A DNA stretch of 64,000 nucleotides, taken from assembly GCF_009914755.1 (NCBI RefSeq), contig NC_060938.1; one strand, given 5' to 3'. Shown here piece after piece: positions 27,086 to 39,919 of this stretch. Under the pieces are notes generated by a model, which worked only from the letters and a program-made list of their open reading frames with translations, ran no database searches and had not been told where the DNA came from. The DNA comes from the human T2T-CHM13v2.0 reference genome, Homo sapiens. The first letter of the stretch is position 1. The number at the start of each line of letters is the position of its first letter. The position numbers and the translations under genes are program-made.

Positions 27086-29269
27086 ATGGGCTATTTTATT
27101 CAATTCCCAAATAGCCCTAGACTTTATATAACTTACATGGTGGAATTCATGCTTTTACTAACAAGTAAGTTAAGGCTCATAGAGGCTGCGTGACTTGACC
27201 AGGGTCCCATAGTTAATAGACTGAAATGTATTCCTTCTTACTTCAAACTTGTTCACATCATCCAGCTCTCTGGCAACACATTACTGGAAAAGAAAAATAG
27301 TTCAGAGAAGGATGTGCTCATGAGGACTGCATAGAGTTGCAATCTTCTTGGGAGGGTACACATGCATGACCTGCCAAATCTGAAATATTAGGAACTTTTG
27401 CTTGCAACTTGTTCCATCTACAGCATGGGTAGAGGTGGCAACAGAGAGGTGACTGGGGAGAGGTTTGCCCAAGAGACAGCAGGGAGATTCTGGGAATAAA
27501 CAGGAGTTGGGTTCTCAATTTGGCAACTAAGCATTCTTTTGTTATTGCACTTTCTCAGGCTGCAGCAGAGCCTGATTAGCTTTAAAATTCATTTCCATTG
27601 GTTTCTTCTTTCATGATAGTTTTAGATGTTGTTTTATTGGCATTCCTATAGATGTAATTTAACCTTGGTAGTACTGATGAACTGGTTGTTCTCTTGTAAA
27701 TTTTAGAAGGAAGGTGGACAGTCTGGGAGAACCAGAACTGACAGGAGCAATAGGGTGCATTGCTAACTGGCACCCTGTGCTCTGAGGTCAAAAGGAAACA
27801 TAGGAAGGTGGTTTCTGAGGGCAAGACCTAGGCTCCTCTCTCAATTCTCTTTTGATTTCAAATTTTGTTTCTTAATTTACTTTAAACACACACACAAACA
27901 ACTTTACATAAATGTGTACATATGATTTCAGTACATTTTCCTAAGTGTATTCTTTTCTTTCCATTTTTGTTTGATGTCTCCCCTCTTCTCCTTTTTGTCC
28001 ATGTTGGTCCCCTAACTCTACTCCAAGATAGTTCATATTAATAACCTAGTATAAATCCTGGCACATTTTTCTCTATACACATATAATTTATACATATAGA
28101 AATGTATACAAGTTTTTCAGGTCATTGTTTTATAAAATGGGATATTATATACTTATTTTGCATCTTGATTTTCTTTTTAGAAGAACACTATTGTGCATCA
28201 TAGAATAAATACAAAAAAGTTTAAAACATATTTAGGTACTTTAAATAATAATGAAGCAAACATTTGTAGTATGTCTATCTACCCACTGCATTAAAGAAAT
28301 AGGGAATTACCAGTGCCTTAGAACCTGCTGTGTGCCACTTTGCAATCTCTTTTTCCTCTTTCCCTCAGGAACTCTACTTTCTGGAATCAGTCCTGTGTTT
28401 CTCTTTCTATATTTTGCTTCTGTTGCTCAACATTACTTTATAAAAATTTTTTCATATCAAAAGGCAGTGCTCTAATTCACTCTTTTTAATGGGTGCATAA
28501 TATTCCAGTCTGATGATATGTTATATATGTGGTATTCTCCTTCCTGTAAATTATAATTTTATTTCCATCTTACTTTTTTCTACCATGCACAATGTTGCAA
28601 TAAATATCATTGTGTATTTGCACTGGTGCTTTTATATCTGGTGCAGTCCAGGAATGGGGTTGATAAATAGAAGAGGATATGTATTTTAAATATGAACAAA
28701 TACTGTCATATGGCTTTTCAAAACATTGTAACACTTCACATACTCAAGCAATGTATGAGCACACCCTTTTCACACATCCCTGATAGTGATACGAATTATT
28801 GCTTTTTTAAATTGTGCCAGCTGAGAAGTGTAAAGTGATATTTCATTGTTATTTTAATTTGCATTTCTCGGACTGTTAGTGAATCTGAGCATTTTTGCAT
28901 TTGTTTGTAGGCCATTTAGCTGAGCACTTCTGTAAATGGGCTATTCATGACTTCTTGTTTCTACAATGGAGATATTTGTCTTTTTCTTGTCTTTCCATAG
29001 TAATATTTGTTTACCTTGTTTAGGGTATATTTTGCCATCAAATATGTTACTTTTTAATGTAGTTAGATGTCTGTTTTTAACTTTCACATCTTCTAATTTC
29101 CAGTCTTCGTAGAGAATGTTTTCCCCGTCCCCACCTTTAAAAAGTGTGTTTAGTTTTTAAGATTCTTTTTAAATCTTTGTTTTCATTTTTTATATTTAAA
29201 TCTTAATCCATTTAGAAATTTATTTTTGTGTTTATAGATGCTAGAGGTCCATGTTTACTTTGTTCCTGA

Positions 29270-29530
29270 TGATAATGATAATAACAATAGCTAACACTTA
29301 CTGCTGCTATGTGGTAAGCATTGTTATATAGGCACTTTCCACATATTGCATCGCTGACTTGGCCTTGTCCCTCACAACTCTGAGACATAGGTTTTCTTAC
29401 CATATCCATTTTACACTTGAGGAAAATGAGGCACAAAAAAATTGAGTAATTAGCCCAAAGGTCACAGAGGAGGTCAAGTGGTGAATGTGGGATTTGAACT
29501 CTGGGAATCTGGCACTGAAATCCACTCTTA
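29270..29530 (-). mobile_element. MIR SINE nested in L1ME
   Basis: CCATTTTACACTTGAGGAAAATGAGGCAC ... GGGATTTGAACTC reverse MIR core. Confidence 0.85.
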
Positions 29531-29766
29531 TTATAGTTCCTCTTATTTGTTAGGCCAGGACTATTTATGAAAAAAGCCACTCTTTTCCCACTGAATTACA
29601 TTACTTTTCTTGTCATTTATTAAATTCTCACATATACCAGAGTTTATTTCTCGATTGTCTGTCTGCTCCCTGATCTTTTCATCTATTCCTAGCATTTTTT
29701 GTTGAGTTGATGATCATGGTCGTATAATGTCTGATATCTATGAAGTCCAGTCTTCTGTCATTGCTC

Positions 29767-30025
29767 TTTTTTTTTCATTTATTTTTTTTTGAGACGGAGT
29801 CTCTCTCTGTCGCCCAGCCTGGATGCAGTGGCGAGATCTCAGCTCACTGCAAGCTCCCCGTCCTGGGTTCATGCCATTCTCCTGCCTCAGCCTCCCAAGC
29901 AGCTGGGATTACAGGCGCCCGCTACCACATTTTTTTTGTATTTTTAGTAGAGATGGGTTTTTACCATTTTAGCCAGGATGGTCTCTATCTCCTGACCTCG
30001 TGATCCACCCTCCTCGGCCTCCCAA
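29767..30025 (-). mobile_element. AluY, 5'-truncated
   Basis: Y diagnostics (TGCAAGCTCC, TTCATGCCATTCT, TAGCCAGGATGG, GACCTCGTGATCC); ends CCTCCCAA. Confidence 0.93.
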
Positions 30026-30419
30026 TTTCCAGGCATTCATACTTTTATGTATAATTTATGTTTATTTTATTCAATTAAAGTAGCCGATGGGATCCTAATT
30101 GAAGTTGTATTAAATCAATATGTTAATTTTGGGACAATTGCCATGTTCATACTAATTACTCCATAAATTTAAAATATAGTATGTTTCCTCTTCATTCAGA
30201 AATTAATTTATATCTTTTATATATTTATATTTTCTTTGTGTTGTCTTTTAAATTTTTGGGGGAGATGTATTTATAAATATTTTAAAGCTTTTGCTGATAT
30301 AAATAGAAATATTTTTCTCATTTCTATTCCTTAGTGATTGTTACTAGAGTTGAGAAAAGGTACTGATTTTGTATATTTTATATATAAATCAGTAGGAAGA
30401 GCACTGTCAATCTAATATT

Positions 30420-30875
30420 TTTAATTAATTAAACAAGAAAAATACATTCATGTCATTAAGGGCTGAAACAGCTTTTGATAAACTTCAGCAGGCATTATTA
30501 ATACAGTTCAGGTAAAATTGAAATAAAAGATGATTGCTTAGATATATAAAGATTATTTACTAAAAACAGCAACAGATTTAACAAACATGGAGATCATTTT
30601 AGTTAAAATTAGAATGCATTTAGGGATGTCCCTTGTTATCTATATTAAACATTGCATTTGCTATAGCCTCCAAGGCCATAAAACAGAAAAGTAAAATAGT
30701 TGGTGTAAATATCAGAAGAGGTAAAACTATCTCTTTTTGCTGATACTATAATTCCTTATCAAGAAATTTAAACAACTCTAGTTAAAAACTTACAGAATGA
30801 ATAAGATACTTTGATAAGCTATCTGGATATAAGTATATAATATCAATCACTTCTTTATTCTATCAATAATTAACC
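30420..30875 (+). mobile_element. Ancient L1M ORF2 RT fragment, inverted relative to the adjacent L1ME
   Basis: Degenerate nucleotide equivalents of DAEKAFDK (GCTGAAACAGCTTTTGATAAA), QGCP (AGGGATGTCCC), EVKLSLFAD (GAGGTAAAACTATCTCTTTTTGCTGAT) and SGYK (TCTGGATATAAG). Confidence 0.8.
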
Positions 30876-31859
30876 ATTTTTAGTTCTCAAGGTTCAAATT
30901 TCAGAGAAGGTGGCTTTGAGCTATAGGTTGGATCATTTCCCATGACTTGGACAGGGAGATAAAAGCTTCTTAGGACGGCCCCACTAGACTCTACCAAGTG
31001 GAACAAAGGTGATTGCTCAAATTTGAGCTGAAAGGGGAAATGGATGATAGACAGAAGTTTTTTAAAAAATAAACTCCACATACTGTATGTAACTGCACTT
31101 CAGAAGTCAGGTGCCTAGCTTTTAAGAGGATAAATCTAAATTCTTTGCCTGCTTCTTCTAGAATCCTTCCCAAACCCTTTTCCGTTGCCCCCTCCCTTTT
31201 TACCTGTTCTACACTGCATCCCAACTGGTTGTTACATTGTCCCCTGCACACGTTTTGCACATTCCTCTGTTGTTTGCCCATCCATTCCCCTCACTAGACG
31301 TATTCTATTCCTTTTTCTTTCATGTAATTCTGATTCGCCCTGTAGGGCTCTCTGCACGTTCCCATCAAATGCTTGTTCCATTACCCAAGACCAGGTCCCT
31401 TCTCCCAAACCACAGGGGCTCTAGGAGCCCACTCTACCAAAGACCTGAAGAACCTCCAGCTGTCACAGTCTCTTCACTCCTAGGACTGAAGGACCTGTTC
31501 TCTTCTCCGCATCTGTTCCTGCATCCCTGTGACATCTGCCCCAACGAAATCAGAAGAGGAGAAGGGACCAGGACTCTCACTTCCCAGACTATACATTGTT
31601 CAGCTTCCTCTTTCCCCCTTTCTGACATGGAAATAGCGAGCGAAGATTTGAGGGCCAGTTTTTTCATGTTGTTGTTTTGGGATGTTTTTTGGTGTGCTGT
31701 CATAGATTTTATTTTTTCATTTAGAGAAGCCAGGTCCAACCTAAACAGTTTCATACTCTTACCAAGAGGATGCTTTGTCCTTCACTGTTTCAAGTTTGTA
31801 CAGGATTCAGGACCATGTTTTGCACCTAGTAAATGAGTCTTCGTTTATCCAAACTATTT

Positions 31860-32210
31860 TGAGTTCTCACCTTTATGCCTTTGCTGTTGCTATGTCATTT
31901 CTCCTGAAGGCCCTTCTCCTTCTCTTTGTTCACTTGATTACTCTTAGTTTTTACATTTCAGCTCAGGTGTCAACTGCTCCAAGAAGCCTTTCTCGAGCTC
32001 ATGCTCCCCTTCACCAAACTGCCACAACAACCTGTGTGAATCTTGATCACCAAGCTTACAGTGCTGTTTGAGATAATTATCTGCTCAAGTTTCTGGTGTT
32101 CCCATTAGACTGTCAGTGCCTCATCGATGTGCTCAGCCTCTAGCTGTGAATGGTGCACAGGTGACCCCAGTGGATATTTTTTGAATAAAAAAATAAATGT
32201 ATGGATGAAC
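31860..32210 (+). mobile_element. L2 LINE 3' fragment
   Basis: GCCTTTGCTGTTGCT ... CTCAGGTGTCAACTGCTCCAAGAAGCCTT ... ATTAGACTGT ... TTGAATAAA L2 3' motifs. Confidence 0.7.
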
Positions 32211-32596
32211 TGAGCAATGTTTTGTTACCATGGATGTTGGTCATATCATTTCATGATTTGCTATCTAATTTTGCCATTTCTCCTCTAATTCCATTACCCT
32301 CCCAGCTCTTGTTTCTCTACGTGAGCATGTTGTGTGAATGCTGAGTGAACTTTTAGTTTACTATGCATTCATAGTGCATTCATTCCAGTATTCATTTCTT
32401 CCTTGGGTCCTGGCCTACTCCTTCCTTTTCTCTCATCTATTCATTCTAATCTCATTTGAACATCAAGCTCCTCCCACTGTCGATACTTTATCATCATTAC
32501 TATCCCTTTTAGTAACTTAGTAAAAAAGCACCTCTAGGATCTTTCAACTTACTAAAGACTTTTCCTAGAGGAGGAGACAAATCTGATTCTGCAAAC

Positions 32597-32896
32597 TTTT
32601 TTTTTTTTTTTTTTTTTGAGACAGGATCTCACTTTGTCACCCAGGTTGGAGTGCAGTAGTGCGATCACAGCACACTGCAGCCTCAACCTCCCCAGGCTCA
32701 GGTGATCCTCCCACCTCAGCCTCCTGAGTAGCTGGAACGACAGTCATGTGCCACCACGCCTGGCTAAATTTTGTAATTTTTGTAGCGACAGGGATTCAGC
32801 ATATTTCCCAGGCTGGAATTCCTGGACTTAAGTGATCCACGTGCTTCTGCCTCCCACAGTGCTGGGATGATATGCTGCAAGCCACTATGCCTGGCT
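32597..32896 (-). mobile_element. AluJ (Jb-like), full length
   Basis: J diagnostics (GCAGCCTCAACCTCCCCAGGCTCAGGTGATCCTCCCACC); TSD TCTGCAAACTTTT on both sides. Confidence 0.93.
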
Positions 32897-33269
32897 GGCT
32901 CTGCAAACTTTTACTTCTATGACCCTTTCTTTCTCTTGGTTTCTCCTTGACACTTCTCCCCAATGAACCCATGGTGCAATATGGGAGTTGGTGCCCTAAA
33001 AGTGACTACCTCCTAAAATCACTCACACTCAATTATTAGTAAAGTTCAAATGACAACTTTTTTATGATAATTGTGTTTTAAAAGAAAATCTGAGGGATAG
33101 TAAAAACAAAAAAAAAATTCATGCCAGAATTTCAGGCAAGCACCAGTTGAGAATGTATTTTTGTGTGAGCAGGGTGTTATCAGTAAGGTTCAACATGTTC
33201 TACATAAGGGACTGGAAGCTCTGCCCGGGATGTATGAGGGCAATCTTGCCTGGCCTAAAGGTTGGACTG

Positions 33270-33715
33270 TAGGTAGCACAGGACTTCCGGGTTTGGAGAT
33301 TTAGAGGATAAGTCTAGGCTTCACCCAAATACCAACAATAAGAACTTGAGTAGTTCCTGGGACCTCCCTGAGCCTAAGTATAAAATGAGGACAGCAACAC
33401 ATATCTATACTGCCATGCTGTTATAAGAAATAAATGAGATAAGAAATATAAAGCCTTAGGAGTCAATACAGTGCAATGGTGGAGCATGAGTATTGCAGAG
33501 TCCGATTGGTTGGGTTCAAACTCTGGACCTGACACTAATTAAGGGTTAATGACCTTGTGTAAGCTTTTAATCTCTGTGTGCCTCAATCTCTCTATCCATA
33601 TGATAAGGGATACAAGACCTTTCTCATACAGTGGTTTAAAGATGAGAGTAAATAATATATGTGAGAACACAAATAGAAGAGCATGCATATGAATAGCATT
33701 TAATGCTCAGTTAAT
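33270..33715 (+). mobile_element. Two adjacent MIR SINEs
   Basis: MIR-like motifs at ~33270-33450 and ~33470-33715 (GGGTTCAAACTCTGG, TCTCTGTGTGCCTCAATCTC). Confidence 0.7.
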
Positions 33716-34051
33716 GAGGCTCTTATCAAAGTGACAGAGGGCCTCCATGTAATCAGAGAAGGGTCCACTTAAGGCTCTATTGGCATTTGCTGAAGGATCA
33801 AGACTTGCTGTATTCCTATCTATGAATAGACCTATGGAATTAAAACCCAGTACAAGCATTTTTTTTTTCTACTTATATCTATGTATGCTCTTTCTCTCTT
33901 GCCTTCTTGATAATTCAGAAGCAGAACTTTGTCTTATTACTGACTTCCAGAAGAAATTTCACAACTCTCATAAAGTTTGTGATTTTTGTAGACTATACTG
34001 AACATTTAGTGACTCCCAGGGAGGATCATTTTAATCAGCATACAATAGTTT

Positions 34052-34391
34052 GCTCTTCCTCTTCCCTTCCATTTTCTTCTTTCCCTTTCTCCCCCCTTCT
34101 CTAGTTTTTTAATCTCACCTCCTCTCCCTGCCCTTTTCTATCCTCCTCCCCTCTCATTTCCCTTCCTTTATTTCTTCTCTCATTTCTACTCTTTCCCCCT
34201 TTCTCCTTCCTTCTTTCCTGCCCTCCTCCCCTCCCTCCTCACCTCCTCCCCTTTCTCCTTTTCCCATCCCTCCTTCCCTCCTTCCACTTCTCTCTCCTCT
34301 TTCATCTCCCTTTCTATCCTCCCTCTTCTCTCCCTTCCCCACTCTACTTCCCCCCATTCCTCCCTGGAGTTCTCCCTTTTTACTTTTCTTC
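34052..34391. repeat. ~340-bp CT-rich polypyrimidine tract
   Basis: Almost entirely C/T on the + strand. Confidence 0.95.
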
Positions 34392-35065
34392 AAGTGGGCT
34401 TATCAAAGTATTTTTTTTAAATAAAATAAAGGCAAGTCTTTCTGTAAGAAAAAAAGTCAGAAAAACATTTTCTTCTCATTATAGGACCAAAAGTGCCCTT
34501 AGAGATCAAGTAGCCCAGTGATCCCCAGACTTTGCTTGTTGGTCGCGATACCCTGGGCAGCATTTGAAAGCCAGGCCCTGCCTCCAGTGGTGGTTCTGAA
34601 TCAAAAGATCAGTGTAGAGGCTTGGAGTGGCATTTGTGTGGGGTGTGCCAGAATATATTTATTTTAATTCAAGAAGATTTGGATTTCAGTCCTAAGTCTG
34701 TCACTTGCTAATGGAACCATCTTGGCTGTGTGCTATTAAAACTTCCAGAGCCTCAGTAACATTTGTAAGAATGTGGAAAATAATATCTTCCTCAAATAAC
34801 AAGCAGTGATCAGCAGATTGGCTGGCACATAGTAGGTGTTAAAAATTGTTTCTTTTCTTCCTTCCTTTTGAGTATGGTACAGAATCCTGGTTATCTCTCT
34901 CAACACACAGGATGGTGATAAAGGAAAGCCTGAGTATTTCTGTGCCTTGTAGCACATCTTAGAAAGGGAGAAGGGCTATTCAGCAGCATTGTTCATGCTC
35001 AGGCCCAGGCCCAGCTGCCTCTAACTGTGGTCATGAGAAGTCTCAGACACTGGCATGAAGTCAGC

Positions 35066-35254
35066 AAATAAAAATAAACAACATAGCCAAGTATGATGGT
35101 GCACGCCTGTAGCCCCAGCTACTCAGGAGGCTGAAGCAGGAGGATTGCTGGAGCCCAGGAGTTTGAGGCTGCAGTGACCTGTGATCACACCAGTGCACTC
35201 CAGTATGGGCAACAGGGAAAAATCTCTGTCTCCAATAAATAAATAAATAAATAA
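35066..35254 (+). mobile_element. AluJ right arm / FRAM with (TAAA)n tail
   Basis: GCCTGTAGCCCCAGCTACTCAGGAGG ... GAGCCCAGGAGTTTGAGGCTGCAGTG. Confidence 0.9.
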
Positions 35255-35285
35255 GTAGTAATTAGAAATAAATAAACAACATTTT

Positions 35286-35580
35286 TGAGGAGAAGGGATG
35301 AAGTTGATTAATGGGTACAAATACACCGTTTGATGGAATAAGACCTAGTGTTAGATCAGTAAGGTGACTATAGCCTATAATAATCTATTGTACCCTTCAA
35401 AATAGCTAGAAGAGAATAATTTGAATGTTTCTAGCATTAAGAAAATATTAAGATAAACATTTAAGTGATGGATATCCTAAGTATACTGATTTGACCTTTA
35501 TAAATTATATCAATGTATTAAATTATCACATATATCTTGAAACTATGTACATCTATTATACATCAATAAAAAATAATTTA
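35286..35580 (+). mobile_element. L1MA (L1MA5-like) 3' end
   Basis: ATGGGTACAAATAC ... AAAATAGCTAGAAGAG ... GTGATGGATATCC ... CAATAAAAAA. Confidence 0.85.
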
Positions 35581-37534
35581 AAACCCCATTTATTGTGAAT
35601 TCACTTTCCCAGGACTATTTTAATTAATCATCATAACAACCTTATGAAGTAAATGCTATGATTATCTTTAACCACATTGACTTGGTAAAATGTCTGTAGG
35701 CAGAGCTTTTTTATTTTTTTGAATTTTGGCTACTATTTGCATGTCTGTATCATTTACGCCGTCCTTTGTCTGTGTTTCTTAGATCCCAAATAAGTACTGA
35801 GGGGTCCTATATTCATTTCAACCATACTGTATTGAGTACCTAATATAAAAAATCCAGCCTCTAGTTTGAGGAGCTGAAAGAATGAACCCTATGCAGTCCT
35901 GATTGTCTGGGCTTATTTTCACTTGCTCTGTGAAGCACCTGAGCCCTTGTTGGTGAACCCTGCTACAGTCCCCACTGAGTTTAAGACCCACTCTTTTCAA
36001 GGGTCCCCATGTTAGGTTTGCCTCCACACCTTAGCTTCCAAAGCTTTGTTCCCCCCTGCCAATGGGGCACTCTAGCCCCATCCACCCATCCCCTCTCAGA
36101 GTTGTAGAAAAGGCTTCTATCAGCAAGAATCCAGAGAGGTTATTCATACATGGGACACTTGATAGTGGTTCTTATTCTTTGAGGAGGAGGAATACTTCTG
36201 ATTTAATGGTAACGAAGTTCTAATTTTGGTAAGTCCGGGGATCTGAGGCTAGAGCTGCTTTGTCACAAGTCTTGTTTGCATATGCTGTGTATTTCTACCC
36301 ATACCCTCATCCAACTTATCTAAATCTTGCTCCTTTTTTTCCATTCTTGCTGATTTAATTTTATCCCTCAACTCATGGTTCCAAATAATCCCCTGTGTTA
36401 GTTGTGCCTACAGCAACTTGTTTAACTCTCTCTACCAGGCAATAAGGTGGAGGGGCAGGGGAAGGATAAATGCAGCCTACTTGTGATTTATCACAGTTGG
36501 AAAGAAAAGGGAAAAGACATGCATAACACTTTTTAAAAAAGAACCAGAGAGGCAGAGAGAGAAGAGTGTGTGGAGGGAGATGAAGGGTGCACTCTGATGG
36601 GAACAGATGGCCCAAAAGGTAAGTGGGTGGCAGAGAGTAAAAATAACCAGGGAGTGACCAAGCCTTCATTTTCTTTGAAACACTCACACTTTAGGGATAT
36701 ATTGAAACTGCTAATTTTGTTGGCACTTTGACACCTCCTCCTAATTAATGAGAAATTTATTAGGAGGATGACTGAGGTGAGCAAGCTGCTTACAAAGAGA
36801 GAAGGGAGAGAATACATTGAACCTATTCAGCTTGGCGGTCACGACCAAGCGAGGTGCCATTGGATATGTGGTTACTTGTGGGTGAGCTCAAGTAGAAGCC
36901 TCGGGCTGGGCTCCTCTCCTGGGGTGGAACCCTTCTGCTGGGCTCCTTTCCTCCTGGCTCCCTGTACTCACTGCTGCTCTCTGGTTTACCAGCATAGAGG
37001 CACAACCCCAAAACAGGCTTCGTGGGGACCAAATTGGCTTTTGGATCTCAAGTGTGTCTCTGAGTCACTCCAGTGAACACGTTATAGGTCACTCTGTGCA
37101 GGTTAGTGGCCCGAAAATCTGCCCTTCAAAGGAAAAGAAAAGTGAAATTCTCATGACTTTTACACTTTTTGTCAAATCTTCTGCATAGAGACCTTCTGAG
37201 TTGGCTCTACCTAGTCTGTGATTCCAAATCTCAAGCACCACCTGCAATTGTCCATATTTTTCACCCACAGGATGCTCATGTTACCAGGAACTTAAAAGAG
37301 TAAACGTGGTTGCTGACATTTTAGCGTTCGTGGGCCAGTTTTCTGAGATCAACACTAGGCAAGGTACTGGGGAGTGTCTTCTAACACTTTTCAGACTTTG
37401 AACAGCTAACTCCATTTTCTGGGAGAGCAGGGTTACTTGACAGGTATCTAAATCCTCTGTCCTAGCCATCCACCAAGCCACCCATTTGCCCTTCCAAATC
37501 CCTTATGCAGTTCATTATCTGTGCAACATAGAAC

Positions 37535-37770
37535 AGTCGAGAGCATGGGCTCTGGAGGCCCATTGGGAGCTTATTCACTCCTCTGCTCTGCCATTCATCA
37601 GCTTGAGTTGTCTTAGGCAAGTCACATACCATCCTCTGTGTCTCTATTTCTCCCTCTGTAAAATGAGATCACTAATGGCATTCACTAACGGATGGTTGTG
37701 AGAGTTAATGAGGTAACAGTTATAAAGAGGTTAGTACTGTGCTTGGTATAAACTAAGCACAAAATAAATA
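37535..37770 (+). mobile_element. MIR SINE
   Basis: AGAGCATGGGCTCTGGAG head, TTAGGCAAGTCAC, TCTGTAAAATGAG core. Confidence 0.85.
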
Positions 37771-37799
37771 GCACTATGACATTTAACACTATAACATTT

Positions 37800-37975
37800 A
37801 ACTTTCAAAATGATTTCATATGCAATTTTGTGGCAGTGTCTTCATACATTGGGTAGTACAGAGTTTTAAAGATTATCCTTTAATAAATGGAAAAATTGAG
37901 TCATGTAATGGATTAGAGACTTTCCCAAGGTTTACAACTACAGAGGAATAGAATTGGCTCTAGAGCTAAGTCTTC
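37800..37975 (-). mobile_element. MIR SINE, degenerate
   Basis: TTTAATAAATGGAAAAATTGAGTC ... GACTTTCCCAAGGT reverse core. Confidence 0.65.
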
Positions 37976-39415
37976 TCATTCTAGTTTAATTGTTTGTTTA
38001 TTTGTTTCTATGCAAACATGTTCATACTCTTCCTTAGCATGTTTCATCCTATCTCTACTAGTGCAACAAGATGCTGAGAAGAGGGAAGAATGCCACAAAA
38101 CTGCATACACCAAAGATGTGTGGCTCAAAGGATACAACTTTTGACTTGAACAGTCACCAGGCCTTGTGATCTTGAACAAATCATTCTGCCTGTCTAAACA
38201 TTAATTAATTCCTCAACTTTTAAATGGAATATGATGACTATTTCCCTTTATATGTGTATCTTAGATGTAGGCATGGAGCTAAAATAGAAACTCAAAATGA
38301 AGTAACAGTAAGGGCTGGCAGTGGAATATTATTGATCCCAGAGGAAAATAAAAATTTTATTTCCAACGTTGTGCCAAGATGGTGGCAAGGGTGGGGAAAC
38401 CATGTGTCCTAGAAGAAGAAAACAGAAGAGGTTAAGTTACCTCTTTATTCTTTTGTTTTTCAGATTCAAAGGTTGTCTTTTTAACAAAATGAATAATGCA
38501 GGTGGTGATTATGGAAAGATGTTAAATTTTGATGATGTTGAAATGTGAGATTGGTATCCTGTGTGTGAGGAGCTCTTGTCTCCTTTTTCAAAGGCAAGGT
38601 TCCTATGTGTGCACTTTCACAGACCAGCCCTGCCCCTGTTGCCTGGAATCTCCCTTCTAGCACAGGCTGCTGCTGAAGAGGTGGTTCAGACCATTTTCCA
38701 AGGCAAATCCAAAGAAAATAATGGTTTCCATTGGTTCTCCTTATTCTTCAGCCTTCCCAGCTTCCCCCACCCCTACTCCAGTCTTCATGACATCACTAAT
38801 TCATACATCTATTATGCAACTCATGCCAAGAGGCTGGTTAAATTGGAAATTGCTCTTTGTTAAATAATACTGGTATAGATGGCATTTCCATTTTAATCCA
38901 AAGCTCTTGAGATTCCAAAATCCTTCAAAACTCAACTAAATTTCAAAAGGTGTAAATCAAGCACTGCATTTTACTGACTCTAAAGGAAACGTTTATGTGA
39001 GAGTAGACCTCCCTGGAGCTTCTTAAACTAGCCAATGTTAATCTTGGTGCTGAGACATATTGATGGTATGTCATATGTAATAGGTTACCAAATAATAATG
39101 CATATACTAAAATTATGCTAAAGATTTACTAAAAATTTAAATTAAGGCAGATCAGGCTTATGGCTAAAATAACATCATTTCCATGCACCTGCATTCTGAC
39201 ATGCTCTCTGGAGATTCTTTGCTATGGGAGTGTGCCTTGTGTATAAATAGCATTTATGATGTTGGTTGCACTAGAAAAAGGAAAGTTATCAACTTTAAGC
39301 TCCACTGAATTAACAAATACCTGATCTCCATTTTTGTAGACCATCAAGAAATAGCATTGTGATCATTGGGCTTCTCCCTAGCAGTTGATGGTAAAAAAAA
39401 AATACATCTAGGAGA

Positions 39416-39632
39416 CCTCTCCTCTCCTCTCTTCTCCTCTCCTCTCCCCTCTTCTCCTCTCCTCTCCCCTCCCCCTCCCCCTTCCCCTCCTCCTCCCCTG
39501 CCTGTCCCCTCCTTCTCCCCTCCCCCTCCCCTCCCCTCCCTCCCTTCCCTTCTCCCTTCCCTTCTCTCTTCTCTTCCCTCTCTCCTCCCCTCCCCTTCCC
39601 TCTCCTCCCCTCTCCGCTCCCTCTTCTCTTTT
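39416..39632. repeat. CT-rich (CCTCT/CCCCT)n low-complexity tract
   Basis: About 215 bp of near-pure pyrimidines abutting the Alu tail end. Confidence 0.95.
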
Positions 39633-39919
39633 CTGAGACCGGGACTTGCTCTGCCACCCAGGCTGCAGTGCATGATCATGGCTGAATGTAGCCTTAACTT
39701 CCCAGGCTCAAGAAATCTTCCCACCTCAGCTTCCTGAGTAGCTAGGACCACAGGTGAAAATGATCACACCTGGCTATATTTTTTTCTATTTTTTTTTTTT
39801 TGTAGAGATGCAGTCTCCCCATGTTGCTCAGGCTGGTCTCGAACTCCTGGCTCAAGCAATCTTCCTGCCTTGGCCTCTCAAAGTACTGGGATCACAGGTT
39901 CAAGCCACTGTGCCTGGCT
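39633..39919 (-). mobile_element. AluJ (Jo/Jr-like)
   Basis: Reverse Alu dimer with J features (CCAGGCTCAAG, CTCCTGGCTCAAGCAATC). Confidence 0.92.

Larger units (their letters stand above)
27880..30392 (-). mobile_element. Ancient L1ME-type LINE (3'UTR plus ORF2 3' half), interrupted by MIR and AluY; possibly compound
   Basis: Colinear with reverse L1M ORF2 across both insertions (e.g. TTTCATTGTTATTTTAATTTGCATTTCTC; TCTTAATCCATTTAGAAATTTATTTTTGTG; TGATTTTGTATATT). Confidence 0.8.

Noticed and set aside
31237-31836. 199-aa + strand ORF, the longest outside the L1 and THE1
   Set aside because: Non-ATG start, Leu/Phe/Ser-rich composition typical of random pyrimidine-rich DNA, no recognisable domain
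34154-39751. G/E/R-rich and P/S/L-rich ORFs at 34154-34393 and 39310-39751
   Set aside because: Translations of low-complexity pyrimidine tracts and Alu sequence
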